Below, in pieces: positions 18,993-29,027 of a stretch of DNA of 64,000 nt. The translations under genes and the position numbers were made by a program. Location of the stretch: the IMG/VR virus record IMGVR_UViG_3300023296_001674; one strand, written 5' to 3'. This stretch comes from a virus. How positions within the stretch are numbered: the stretch's first letter is position 1; each line of letters begins with the position of its first letter. The notes below the pieces were generated by a model that worked only from the letters and a program-made list of their open reading frames with translations, was not told the DNA's origin and searched no databases.

Positions 18993-20719
18993 ATGAATAA
19001 TCGACTTAAGATGAGTATCTACGCCGCAGCATTGGTATTAACCAGTGCTGTGTCGGCGCAGGCGGCTAGCAATTATGTTGGCATGGATTCTGTGAACAAC
19101 GTTGTCACAGAAGGCGTTCGTGATTGCCGTGGTGGTGAGGGTAATAATATTCCCATTATCACGTGGGGTGGTGATATGATTACCATTCATGCAAACGGTG
19201 ATGCGCTTGTAACCAAAGCAGGTAGTGTGTTTGACAAAGAAGGTCTTGCACTTACCTTGAAACGTGAAGACGTATTCACCAAACAGGTTGCCGGATATCT
19301 TCGTTGTGATACGCCATATATTCGTGGCACACAAGGTCAGTTAAATCTTGCTGCGGCGGTTACTGAAAACGATCCACGCACAAAAATGGTTACTATCTTC
19401 CAGCACACATGGTCGAATGGCGGTGATGCGTTGGTTGTTAAAGATGGCATCAAATCATTGGCGGATTTGAAAGGCAAAACTATCGCGTTGCAAGCATATG
19501 GACCACATATTAGTTATTTGTTTAAAATTCTTTCTGATGCAGGACTTAAACCAACCGATGTTAAATTGAAATTCACCAAAGATTTAGTTGGACTCGACGA
19601 GGATACAACGCCGGGTGTTGCGTTACTTGAAGATAAAAGCATTGATGCGGCGATGGTTATTATTCCTGATGCATTAACACTTACCTCTGGTGGAACAGTA
19701 GGAACTGAAGCCGAAGGTGCTGTAGAAGGGGCAACTATTCTTCTTACTACAAAATCAGCAAGTCGTGTTATTTCTGATGTATACGCAGTTCGTCAAGATT
19801 ATTTTGACGCTCATAAAGCAGAAGTTCAATCTTTTGTTCATGGGTTGATGGGTTGATGGTTGCAGAAGAAAATTTAGTTGCTGCCGCACGTGGTAAAACC
19901 GCCGCGTTTAAGAGTACTGTTGCTGCTACAGCAACCATTCTTCTTGGTGCCCCTACCGCGATTGGTGATGCAGGCGACCTATGGATTGATGCTGAAACCA
20001 CAGGTATCAACGGGAATGTGAAGTTTTTCACAAATAATAATTTTTCACGCAACTTTACGGCTATTACTGCCGAAATTCAACAATCATATGTGGATTTAGG
20101 GCTTCTACCAAAAGCAATGGTTTTGGCTGACGCTGGTTGGGACTACAGTGTATTGGCGATTGACTTGAAAACTGCTGGTAAGATTGAAGCACCCAGGTTT
20201 GATACTAAAAAACTTACTGCGGCTGTAACGGCAAAGGCTGCTACTGGTGATCTTGACAAAGGCGCATTGTTTACCTTCGAAATCAATTTTAAGCCAAACG
20301 TTAAGGAATTTCCAGTAGCGTTATACATGGACGCATTTAAGAAGGTGATTGATCTATCAAACACTTATTCTGGTGCAGTGATTACGGTTGAAGGACATTC
20401 CGATCCTTATGGTTATCAGAAAAAGCAGGAAAAAGGTGTAGGCGAAGGAATTCTTTCTAAAATCAAGCAATCTGGACGCACATTGAGTATTAAACGTGCT
20501 GGTGCGGTTCGTGATGCGATTATTGCCCTCGCCGAACAAGATGGTATTACGATTGACAAAAGTCAGTTTGTTGCCATCGGACTTGGTATCTCTAGCCCAA
20601 AGAATGCAATTATGCCTAAATCCATAGCGGAATGGACTACAATTACTGCGCAAAATCGTCGAGTTGTGTTTAAATTGATTAATATCGAAGCAGAATCTTC
20701 TGAATTCGAAGCACTTTAA
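18993..20719 (+). pseudogene. secreted substrate-binding-fold + OmpA-like domain protein, split by an 8-bp tandem duplication
   Basis: signal peptide MNNRLKMSIYAAALVLTSAVSAQA; NMT1/SsuA-like fold; C-terminal OmpA-like VEGHSDPYGYQ...LSIKRAGAVRDAI; GGGTTGAT is duplicated at 19842-19857, and removing one copy fuses ORFs 18966..19856 and 19853..20719 in frame. Confidence 0.55.
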
Positions 20720-20734
20720 GGGGGGATTAATAAT

Positions 20735-21523
20735 ATGAAAATATATAACAAACTCTTTATTTCATCTATCCTTGTAGCCAGCGTTCTTTTAGTTGGCTGT
20801 GAGGAAAACGCCGCACCTCTTGCCCCAAAAGCGGCAGTTGCTACAACTCAAACTTCGGATAATACACCACAGGCGGAACAAGCGCCTTGGGTTTGGCCGG
20901 GAACATCAAAAGGTGCTATTGCGTTAGCATCAGATTTGACAGCAAATAACTATATGGTAGTATATGATGGTTCTGGTAGCATGGGTGACCCATCATGTGA
21001 TAAAAATAGCCAAACATCTAAGCATGCAGAAGGCAAAATTGCTCTTAAATCATTTATCAATGCGATACCCGATGAATCTAATATTGGTTTTTACGCATTT
21101 GATAATAATGGAAAAGGTGTACGAACACAACTTAATACAGGCAACAAATCAAAAATCGTTGCTGAGATTGATAGTGTTAGTCCTGGTGATGGAACTCCGT
21201 TAAAAAGTGCGGTTAGAACAGGTTATGATGCATTGACTTTACAAGGTCAAAAACAACTCGGTTATGGAAGATATGTGTTAGTTATTGTGACTGATGGTGT
21301 TGCAAGTAGCGGTGAAAGTCCAACCAATATTGTTAATGACATCATTGACGATACACCAGTTGAAATACATACTGTTGGTTTTTGTTTGGGTGATAAACAT
21401 ACACTTAATCAACCGGGACGAACATTTTATGCTTCTGCGACAAGTTCCGAGGAAGTGTTGAAATCTCTGGAAGATGTTCTTTCAGAATCTTCGGATGTTG
21501 ATGATAACGACTTCAGTAACTAA
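20735..21523 (+). CDS. von Willebrand factor A (VWA) domain lipoprotein
   Basis: lipobox LLVGC; MIDAS motif VYDGSGSMG and downstream VTDG. Confidence 0.6.
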   Translation: MKIYNKLFISSILVASVLLVGCEENAAPLAPKAAVATTQTSDNTPQAEQAPWVWPGTSKGAIALASDLTANNYMVVYDGSGSMGDPSCDKNSQTSKHAEGKIALKSFINAIPDESNIGFYAFDNNGKGVRTQLNTGNKSKIVAEIDSVSPGDGTPLKSAVRTGYDALTLQGQKQLGYGRYVLVIVTDGVASSGESPTNIVNDIIDDTPVEIHTVGFCLGDKHTLNQPGRTFYASATSSEEVLKSLEDVLSESSDVDDNDFSN

Positions 21524-21526
21524 CAC

Positions 21527-21554
21527 TTGACATGTTGGGTGGTCATGTTAATAT
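21527..21554 (+). promoter_or_regulatory. sigma70-type promoter overlapping an imperfect inverted repeat
   Basis: TTGACA-16 nt-TAATAT; GTTGGGTGGTCAT / ATGATCACCCAA arms span the spacer and -10. Confidence 0.45.
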
Positions 21555-21588
21555 ATGATCACCCAATATTATTTTATAAGGAGTTATT

Positions 21589-21939
21589 ATGGAAGAAAAT
21601 ACGTATACTGTAAAACAATCACCAAATGGATCGACGCATTGGTATGATGAAGATGGAGCATTGCATTGTATCGGTGCACCTGCTATTATTACACTCAGCA
21701 AAGGTTTAATGATTAGTGAAGAATGGTATAAGCATGGTAGATTGCATAATTTAAACGGACATGCAAGAATTGGCTACAAACAAAACGCCGATGGTGATAT
21801 GGATGTGACGTGGTCGCAACATTGGATTGATGGTGAACAATTGTCGGAAAAAGAATTCACCGAACAGACCACTGTTAAACAAATGACCATGGATGAAATA
21901 AACACTAAGTTGGGTTGTATTGTTGATATTGTTGAATAA
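21589..21939 (+). CDS. MORN-repeat-like protein
   Basis: EWYKHGRLHNLNGHARIG and HWYDEDGALHCIGAPAII resemble the MORN_2 unit (WYxNGxLHRxDGPA). Confidence 0.4.
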   Translation: MEENTYTVKQSPNGSTHWYDEDGALHCIGAPAIITLSKGLMISEEWYKHGRLHNLNGHARIGYKQNADGDMDVTWSQHWIDGEQLSEKEFTEQTTVKQMTMDEINTKLGCIVDIVE

Positions 21940-21966
21940 TATTTTTACTAAAGAAAGGATTATAAA

Positions 21967-23520
21967 ATGAAACCATTACATATCGTAATTGCTTTAATTT
22001 TAACACTTATTGGTGTTGGAGGAATGGTCGGGTATAAAGTGTTTGACGATGCTTCGTTGACTGCTTCCACGGATTCCGCTAATGTTCGCGAAACTGTAAA
22101 TATTGGTGTTGATAGTTGGGCTGGTTATACAGTGTTATGTTCAACTGAAACGAGACGATTAGCGCTTGTTGATGGCATTCTTGTAAAGTGTCACGATGAT
22201 AAAGCCAACTATACAGATCGTATGGCTAAACTAGCCAGTGAAGAATTGCAAATGGCTGCTGCTGCGGTTGATGGTTATGTTCTTGCAGGTGATGCAGTTA
22301 AATATCCGGGCAGTGTTACATTTGTTATCGATGAATCACAAGGTGGTGATGTTATTATCGCCAACGCAAGTGTAGCAAAAAATATCAATGATTTGAAAAA
22401 TCGCAGTGGTGTTAAAATTGCATTTACCCCTGATTCACCAAGTCAGACGTTACTTACTAAATGGAGTAGCGACTTTGATGTTAAAATTAATGATCCCAAG
22501 GCGATAACATTGGTTCACGCTAATGGTGCAGCAGACGCTGCTAAAAAACTTCAAAATGGTGAAGTAGATGTTGCAGTTGTTTGGGAACCACACGCATCCA
22601 AATTGTTAAGTAATGCAAATTTTGTTAAACTTATTGGCACAGAAAGCACTAAAAACCTTATCGTTGATGTGTTACTCACCAATCAGCGTTATGCAAAAAG
22701 CAATCCAGATGTAATGAAGACGGTTGTTAAATCATACTTTTTAGCATTGGAGCATTATAAAACAAACACCAAAGAATTTGATGATGAGATTATTCGTTAT
22801 GCTGGTGCCAGCCGTGATCAAGTTGACGCAATTAAAGCGGGTATCAATTGGGTTGATTTACCACACAATGCCGCAGATTGGTTGGGTATTAGTCAAACTG
22901 GCGGTAAAGCGCAACGACAGTTGTATGACACCTTCAACTCTGCGGTTCGTTTATATGTCAATAGTGGTGATTTTACTACAAGCCCTATTCCTGGTGATGA
23001 TCCGTTTCGTTTGATTGATTCAAGTGCATTCAATGACGTATATACATTGGGAATGACTGGAAAACTTGGTGTTATGTTTCAACCTATCACAGTTATCAAA
23101 GACGTTAGTGTTACACGCCCCTTTAAGAAACTTTCACCGGGTCGTTGGGCTAAACTTAAAGATATTGGATCATTGAAATTACAAGCTATTACGTTCAAGC
23201 GTGGAACATACGAACTTGAATCAACAGGTCAATCCGCATTCAAATCATTGGTTGAAATGCTTGAAACATATCCAAATTATCGCATTAAAGTTGTGGGTCA
23301 TTCGGGCAAGCGCGGAGATCAAGCGGCTAATATGGTTCTTTCTAAAAAACGTTCTATATCTGCGGCAAAATATTTGATGGACAAATATGGCATTGACAAA
23401 AATCGAATTTACGCGTATGGTGTAGGCAATGGACAGCCACCTCGCCGTGAAACCGGTGAAACGAAACGTGCATATAATGCAAGGTGGCCTCGTGTTGAAC
23501 TTATTTTAGTGGAAGGATAA
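21967..23520 (+). CDS. membrane-anchored substrate-binding-fold (NMT1/SsuA-like) protein with C-terminal OmpA-like domain
   Basis: N-terminal TM helix; GEVDVAVVWEPHASKLL binding-protein fold; C-terminal VVGHSGKRGDQAANMVLSKKRSISAAKYL (OmpA/MotB peptidoglycan-binding motif); intact paralog of the split gene at 18993. Confidence 0.6.
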   Translation: MKPLHIVIALILTLIGVGGMVGYKVFDDASLTASTDSANVRETVNIGVDSWAGYTVLCSTETRRLALVDGILVKCHDDKANYTDRMAKLASEELQMAAAAVDGYVLAGDAVKYPGSVTFVIDESQGGDVIIANASVAKNINDLKNRSGVKIAFTPDSPSQTLLTKWSSDFDVKINDPKAITLVHANGAADAAKKLQNGEVDVAVVWEPHASKLLSNANFVKLIGTESTKNLIVDVLLTNQRYAKSNPDVMKTVVKSYFLALEHYKTNTKEFDDEIIRYAGASRDQVDAIKAGINWVDLPHNAADWLGISQTGGKAQRQLYDTFNSAVRLYVNSGDFTTSPIPGDDPFRLIDSSAFNDVYTLGMTGKLGVMFQPITVIKDVSVTRPFKKLSPGRWAKLKDIGSLKLQAITFKRGTYELESTGQSAFKSLVEMLETYPNYRIKVVGHSGKRGDQAANMVLSKKRSISAAKYLMDKYGIDKNRIYAYGVGNGQPPRRETGETKRAYNARWPRVELILVEG

Positions 23521-23524
23521 TAAC

Positions 23525-23710
23525 GTGGGCATTTGGAGAGGTTGCACACAAAAAGATTTGGTCAAGCAGTTTATCATCGATAAAGGCACCCTCGACGCTA
23601 TATATATTGCTAAACGGTTATGGCCTTCCCATCCACAACCATCCGAATGGATTGAGTTTACCGAAGATGATATTAATCAGTTACAACAGTATGAAATGGA
23701 GAATAAATGA
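23525..23710 (+). CDS. hypothetical small protein
   Basis: GTG start; 61 aa. Confidence 0.3.
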   Translation: MGIWRGCTQKDLVKQFIIDKGTLDAIYIAKRLWPSHPQPSEWIEFTEDDINQLQQYEMENK

Positions 23711-24537
23711 TGGACGCACAATTTATTGATTTATCACAGATGACACCGGAAGCGGTTAAAAGCGCAGTGTTTAAAAATACCGCTACTAACCCATTAACGA
23801 TTTTTCCAATTCTTGCAAGTTTGCCGATATTGGGTGTTTGGGCGATTTTTGATGCAGGTTTGTTATTTGTTGCGTTAAGTGTTTTATCGGCTGCGGGTGG
23901 TGGTAGCATGTTTGCTATAAATTACTTTGGTCGTTATGCAGTGTTCTCTAACAAATATTTCATTCAACTTCGAAAAGATAATGAAGCGAAAGCAAAACAG
24001 AAACTCGTCGAAGTTGAAGAATTTCTCGATGAACGCGAATTTGAGCAAGGTGCAAGACAGGTAACTAAATTGCAAGCATCAATGACTGCTTTTGAAAAGG
24101 TTCTTGATCGTAAATTTGAACCGCATGAATTTGCACGTGCCCGATATCATGGCGTAGCCGAACAAGTTCAATTGAATGCACTTGGCAACCTAGAACAAAT
24201 TGTGACTATGTTGACGGCGGTTGACGCAATTGATCCAGAATATATTCAAAGACGTATTGACGAACTTGGCGAAATTGCAAATGATAACGATGGTTTGAAT
24301 GATTCGCAGTGGGAAGAAAAAGAAGCACTTGAAGCACGATGGGAACTTCGTGAAAATCAATTCAAGGGTATTGACGAACTGCTTTCACAGAACGAAAAAG
24401 CAATGACTGAACTTGGTAAAATATCAACCAATATTGCCTCTTCAAATGTTGCGGGTAATAGCGCAGAAGAAGATTTAGAATCAGCAATCGATTCACTTAA
24501 CAATCTTGGAAAAGACGCCCAAAAGCATTGGGCTTAA
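23707..24537 (+). CDS. membrane protein with C-terminal coiled coil
   Basis: two N-terminal hydrophobic helices followed by a long acidic helical region; ATGA overlap with the upstream gene. Confidence 0.4.
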   Translation: MMDAQFIDLSQMTPEAVKSAVFKNTATNPLTIFPILASLPILGVWAIFDAGLLFVALSVLSAAGGGSMFAINYFGRYAVFSNKYFIQLRKDNEAKAKQKLVEVEEFLDEREFEQGARQVTKLQASMTAFEKVLDRKFEPHEFARARYHGVAEQVQLNALGNLEQIVTMLTAVDAIDPEYIQRRIDELGEIANDNDGLNDSQWEEKEALEARWELRENQFKGIDELLSQNEKAMTELGKISTNIASSNVAGNSAEEDLESAIDSLNNLGKDAQKHWA

Positions 24538-24562
24538 CTGAAACTATAAAGGAGAACTTATT

Positions 24563-25603
24563 ATGCGTAAATTATGTACTTATATGCTTGCTTTCACTGC
24601 ATTTGCGATAATCGCTATTGTCGTTGCTGAAAGTGTGAACGCAGCAGAAACTGTTAAAGTTGGGTGGTCGCGATATACAGGATTTGAACCATTGGGCCTT
24701 ATGCAAAATACCGGAATTATGGAAAAATGGAATAAAAAGATGGGCACGGATGTCCAACTTGAATTTGTTGGCAATTATGTTGATTCGGTAACATTGTATT
24801 CATCCGGTCAATATCAAGGTGTTGCTGTAACCAACATGGACGTTTTAGCCATCGCTGGTGTAGGTGGACGACATTCTACCGCAGTTATTGTTGGTGATTA
24901 TTCGAATGGTAACGACGGGTTGGTTCTTAAAGGGTTTTCATCGCTTGCGAAAGTTAAATCAAATATCAATTTGGTTGAATATTCGGTATCGCATTATTTA
25001 CTTGCACGATGTGCAGAAAAAATGGGTGTTGATATAAATTCATTCACTCTAGAAAACACGATGGATTCAGACATTCCGGCAGTAGTTGAAGCGAATGATG
25101 CGATTGCGGTTGTTGCGTGGAATCCAATGCTTACCAGTATCAAAGAATTGAACGACGCTAATATCGTTTGCACCAGTTCAGAATTTCCTGGCGAGATCAT
25201 CGACATGGTTGTTGTAAGCGACGACGTTGATGAAAATTCTCGTAAAGCATTGACGGGTGCATGGTATGAAGCAATGGCGTTGATTAAATCTGGCGATGTT
25301 GATACATTATCATTTTTGGCTGAACAATCAGGTAGCACATTGGAAGATTTTATGTCACAATTGAAAACTACACATTTGTTTTATACTGCCAATGATGCAG
25401 TTTCGTTTATTAAAGATGCGGAATTAAAAGCAACGATGACTAAGGTTGTTAAGTTTTCGTTTGAGGCTGGTGTATATGATGGTGTTGATGATCCAAATGA
25501 AATTGGTGTGAAGTTTGCTGATGGTTCAGTGATGGGTGATGAAGCAAATGTAATGCTTACGTTTGATCCAAGTGTTACACAGTGGGTATCTACTGCAAAA
25601 TAA
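24563..25603 (+). CDS. ABC transporter periplasmic substrate-binding protein (NMT1/SsuA/TauA family)
   Basis: signal peptide; VKVGWSRYTGFEPL and IAVVAWNPM motifs typical of sulfonate/nitrate/taurine binding proteins; AAGGAGAAC SD. Confidence 0.65.
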   Translation: MRKLCTYMLAFTAFAIIAIVVAESVNAAETVKVGWSRYTGFEPLGLMQNTGIMEKWNKKMGTDVQLEFVGNYVDSVTLYSSGQYQGVAVTNMDVLAIAGVGGRHSTAVIVGDYSNGNDGLVLKGFSSLAKVKSNINLVEYSVSHYLLARCAEKMGVDINSFTLENTMDSDIPAVVEANDAIAVVAWNPMLTSIKELNDANIVCTSSEFPGEIIDMVVVSDDVDENSRKALTGAWYEAMALIKSGDVDTLSFLAEQSGSTLEDFMSQLKTTHLFYTANDAVSFIKDAELKATMTKVVKFSFEAGVYDGVDDPNEIGVKFADGSVMGDEANVMLTFDPSVTQWVSTAK

Positions 25604-25631
25604 CACTTGACACAATATGTATATATGATAA

Positions 25632-25664
25632 AATGGTGTAATAGAAATATTACACCATTTTTTT
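25632..25664 (+). terminator. intrinsic terminator
   Basis: perfect 12-bp stem AATGGTGTAATA-gaaa-TATTACACCATT followed by TTTTTTT. Confidence 0.6.
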
Positions 25665-25677
25665 ACGAGGAGTGCAA

Positions 25678-25788
25678 ATGATTTATAAAAATAAGTTATT
25701 CAGAAATTCAAATTTTAGACTAACGGTAGAAATTGCATTTACTATCACAGTTTTTTTATTGGTGGCGTTTTTTGGCGCATATTATTAA
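25678..25788 (+). CDS. possible 36-aa hydrophobic peptide
   Basis: ACGAGGAGTGCAA ATG; MIYKNKLFRNSNFRLTVEIAFTITVFLLVAFFGAYY; below the size cutoff of the ORF track. Confidence 0.3.
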   Translation: MIYKNKLFRNSNFRLTVEIAFTITVFLLVAFFGAYY

Positions 25789-25812
25789 TATAATAAAATA
25801 AGGAATAATTAA

Positions 25813-26646
25813 ATGAAAGAATCTAAATTTTTTGGACTACATGCAAGACCTGGAAAAAAGTTAGGAATATTTCTAATGTTTATTCCATTCATTTTTGCGT
25901 TGTTTGTATATATGGGTGGATCGCAATATCGCCAAATGGAAAACGAAAAAGACAAAGTTATGCCTACTATTGCAAAAATGGTAGATTCCACGATCAAATA
26001 CACAGTTACCGAAGATCGAAAAGGAAATTATCGACTATTAAATGACGCTGTTAATAGCGTGCGTCGAATCGTAATAGGTGTTACATTAGCAGCATTGGTT
26101 GGTTTGATGTTGGGTATGAATACGGCGTTATTCCCCGGTATGCGAGAACTTTTAAATCCATTTATTACATTCTTTTCAAATATTCCAGCATTGGCATTAA
26201 TGCCGATCTTACTTATTACGATGGGGACAGGCGAGGTTGCAAAAATTGGACTTATATTCATTGGCACCGTGTTTATGATTACACGTGATGTTTTTCGAGC
26301 AACAAACGAACTCCCCAAAGAACAAATCACTAAAGCACTTACATTAGGCGCAACCGAATTTGAAGTTGTGTATAAAATCGTGCTGCCACAAATCATTCCA
26401 TCGCTTTTAAGCACTGTGCGACTTAGTTTAGGAGCAGCATGGTTATTTCTTATTGCTGGTGAAGCAATCGCATCTACTGATGGCTTAGGATATCGTATAT
26501 ACCTTGTGAAGCGGTATATGGCTATGGATGTTATTATTCCTTATGTATTGGCTATTACCGGATTGGCGTTTAGTATGGATCGTATATTAAAACGATTTAT
26601 CGGTTGGAAATATCCTTGGTATGTAGCAACAAGCGGAGGTAAGTGA
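25813..26646 (+). CDS. ABC transporter permease (SsuC/TauC/NrtB-like)
   Basis: 6 predicted TM helices; EAA-loop region IAGEAIASTDGLGYRIY. Confidence 0.75.
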   Translation: MKESKFFGLHARPGKKLGIFLMFIPFIFALFVYMGGSQYRQMENEKDKVMPTIAKMVDSTIKYTVTEDRKGNYRLLNDAVNSVRRIVIGVTLAALVGLMLGMNTALFPGMRELLNPFITFFSNIPALALMPILLITMGTGEVAKIGLIFIGTVFMITRDVFRATNELPKEQITKALTLGATEFEVVYKIVLPQIIPSLLSTVRLSLGAAWLFLIAGEAIASTDGLGYRIYLVKRYMAMDVIIPYVLAITGLAFSMDRILKRFIGWKYPWYVATSGGK

Positions 26647-26647
26647 T

Positions 26648-27076
26648 ATGGTTAAATGGACAGATGGCGACGACGATGATAAATTGCGTTCAGCCCCTTT
26701 AGCATCACAAGCAGAAGAAATACAAACAACTTTAAACAGTTTGATTGAGGAAGGACCAGAAATTGTGAATGGTGTTAGATTGCAGCTTAATGATATGCCA
26801 GCAATGATATACGATCCTCAATCGTCTGCAATGGCATTAGTTGAAATGCGACGACTTGATAAAGGTGAATCAAAATTGGTAAAAGTCACCTTAATGATGT
26901 TGGTGCCAATAGATGTATCATTAAATGTTGTTGAAGATAATGTTTCGTGCGCAATAGATAATATCATAGATCAAGATCAGTTTATGGATGATCCGGTAGA
27001 TGATACATATCCAATTATTGAAAATGTTAAATTGCTTACAACAAAAAGTGAAGAAATAACGTTGGAAGGGGAATAA
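26648..27076 (+). CDS. hypothetical acidic protein inserted within the ABC operon
   Basis: 142 aa, Asp/Glu-rich; ATGA overlaps with both neighbours. Confidence 0.4.
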   Translation: MVKWTDGDDDDKLRSAPLASQAEEIQTTLNSLIEEGPEIVNGVRLQLNDMPAMIYDPQSSAMALVEMRRLDKGESKLVKVTLMMLVPIDVSLNVVEDNVSCAIDNIIDQDQFMDDPVDDTYPIIENVKLLTTKSEEITLEGE

Positions 27077-27078
27077 TA

Positions 27079-28019
27079 ATGATAGCCAAAGCAAACAAAC
27101 TTAAGAACTCAAACCTTTTACATATTCAAGATGTTTATAAGGAATATGACGATAATGTCATTTTGGACAACATTGATTTATCCGTCAGTAAAGGTGCATT
27201 CGTGACCGTAGTGGCCCATCTGGATGTGGTAAATCTACACTGTTGCGATTAATTCTTGGTCAAGAAACACCCACCAGCGGCAATGTATCATTAGATGGCA
27301 AAACCGTTGGTCGTGCTGATGTTAATCGTGGCATCGTATATCAAAAATATTCACTATTTCCAAATCTTACCGTTTTGGACAACGTTCTTCTTGGTAAGAA
27401 ACTTGGAGATAATAAAGATGAATGGTCGCAAAATAAACGCATATTGACCGAAGAAGCAATGCATTTTTTATCAAGTGTTAAACTTGGAGAACATGCGAAC
27501 AAATATCCACACCAACTTTCTGGCGGTATGCAACAGCGGGTCGCAGTTATGCAAGCACTTATCATGAAACCAAATATTTTGATGATGGACGAACCTTTTG
27601 GTGCACTTGATCCAGGCACACGTGAAGATATTCAAATTTTTCTTTTAGAGCAATGGAAAGAACATGGTATGACTATTTTCTTTGTGACACACGACTTGGA
27701 AGAAGCTGTATTTCTTGGAACTCGCATTATCACATTGTCGCAATATTATACAGATGATCGTCATGATGATTTGCCCGGTATGCTTTCGTATCAACGCAAT
27801 TGGCACGGTGCCAAAGTTGTATCTGATCGAAGCGTCGAACATATGAATGACGACATCAAAGGTTCGGTGACAGAAAAACAAACAAAAGAATTCTCTGAAA
27901 TCATTGAAGATATTCGCGATGAAGGCTTCAATCCTGAAAATATTAGACATGTGTCAGAATTTAATCTTACACATCGCAATAGTTTTCAAATATTAACATC
28001 AGAGGAGCAAGTAAAATAA
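27079..28019 (+). pseudogene. ABC transporter ATP-binding protein with a -1 frameshift in the Walker A region
   Basis: ORF from 27079 encodes ...SKGAFVTVV and then goes out of frame; the next frame reads SGPSGCGKSTLLRLILG (Walker A), followed by LSGGMQQRVAVMQAL (signature) and ILMMDEPFGALD (Walker B); a G appears to be missing in GTGG-CCCATCTGG near 27213. Confidence 0.6.
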
Positions 28020-28297
28020 TGAAAGATTCTAATTTTACCGATAATAAACTATATGCACTTATGTGGGTCATTGTGGGTGTTGTATTGTGTTCTTTAATAA
28101 GCGGCATAACAATATATAATATTCATAAAAATGAAATGCCATTGCGCATGATTAAAAATGGCGTTAACCCTGCGGTATTAGAATGTCTAGACAAAAATTG
28201 GACATATGTCTCTGTCCATGAAATATGTAAAAATGTATTAACCGATAGCAACTTGACAAACGATGAAGCAAATGAATTGGTTGAAAAACTTCGATGA
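28019..28297 (+). CDS. small membrane protein
   Basis: single TM helix WVIVGVVLCSLISGITIY; 92 aa. Confidence 0.4.
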   Translation: MKDSNFTDNKLYALMWVIVGVVLCSLISGITIYNIHKNEMPLRMIKNGVNPAVLECLDKNWTYVSVHEICKNVLTDSNLTNDEANELVEKLR

Positions 28298-28638
28298 AAT
28301 CATATTATATAATATTAGAAATTTGGCGACATTTTTTAGTAGTATGTTCAATCCTGTTCGGTGTTATTGTTATTATATCAGGAGTAATAGGTTCTGAATA
28401 TATCAATGTCGTTTATTTCGCTCGTGGTGATTGGGCAATGATTTTCCTGATTACTGGCGCACTTGTTATTTCATATTGTATATTTTACTATATTTTACTA
28501 CCAATAGAAGGAATATTTTTAATATTAGGCGTTGCGTTTGTGGCTATGATACACAAATATAATAATGGCGTAGTCAGTATCGAAAATTTCGTTAATGATT
28601 ACATGAATTATGTAATAAGAAAAATGGAGAGAAATTAA
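28294..28638 (+). CDS. integral membrane protein
   Basis: 3 predicted hydrophobic helices; 114 aa. Confidence 0.4.
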   Translation: MKSYYIILEIWRHFLVVCSILFGVIVIISGVIGSEYINVVYFARGDWAMIFLITGALVISYCIFYYILLPIEGIFLILGVAFVAMIHKYNNGVVSIENFVNDYMNYVIRKMERN

Positions 28639-28639
28639 A

Positions 28640-28957
28640 ATGAAAATATTTATGATATTGATGTTATTGAGTATGACATCAATGATAGGAATCGCAAATG
28701 CGGAGACAATCACCATCAATGCTAAACCAATTGTAGAAGAGGAATGGCTTTGGCATACAGTATGCACCATGATCGTTCCAGGTTATGTTGATAGAATTAT
28801 GATGGATGAAAAGCATGTGGATACATTTGCTCTTCAAGTGGCGACAACGATATATCGTCGGACTGTGATATCTAACAAATATAGACGACATTTCATGATA
28901 GGCAATAATATTTGGTGCACGACTGCTAATCGTATAGATATTGAGGATAATAGGTAA
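28640..28957 (+). CDS. secreted hypothetical protein
   Basis: signal peptide MKIFMILMLLSMTSMIGIANA; GGAGAGAAA SD. Confidence 0.4.
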   Translation: MKIFMILMLLSMTSMIGIANAETITINAKPIVEEEWLWHTVCTMIVPGYVDRIMMDEKHVDTFALQVATTIYRRTVISNKYRRHFMIGNNIWCTTANRIDIEDNR

Positions 28958-29027
28958 ATGATATTGACGTAATGTATGGATATCCGGTATAATACATTTT
29001 TTAACGATTACAAAGGTTATATACATT

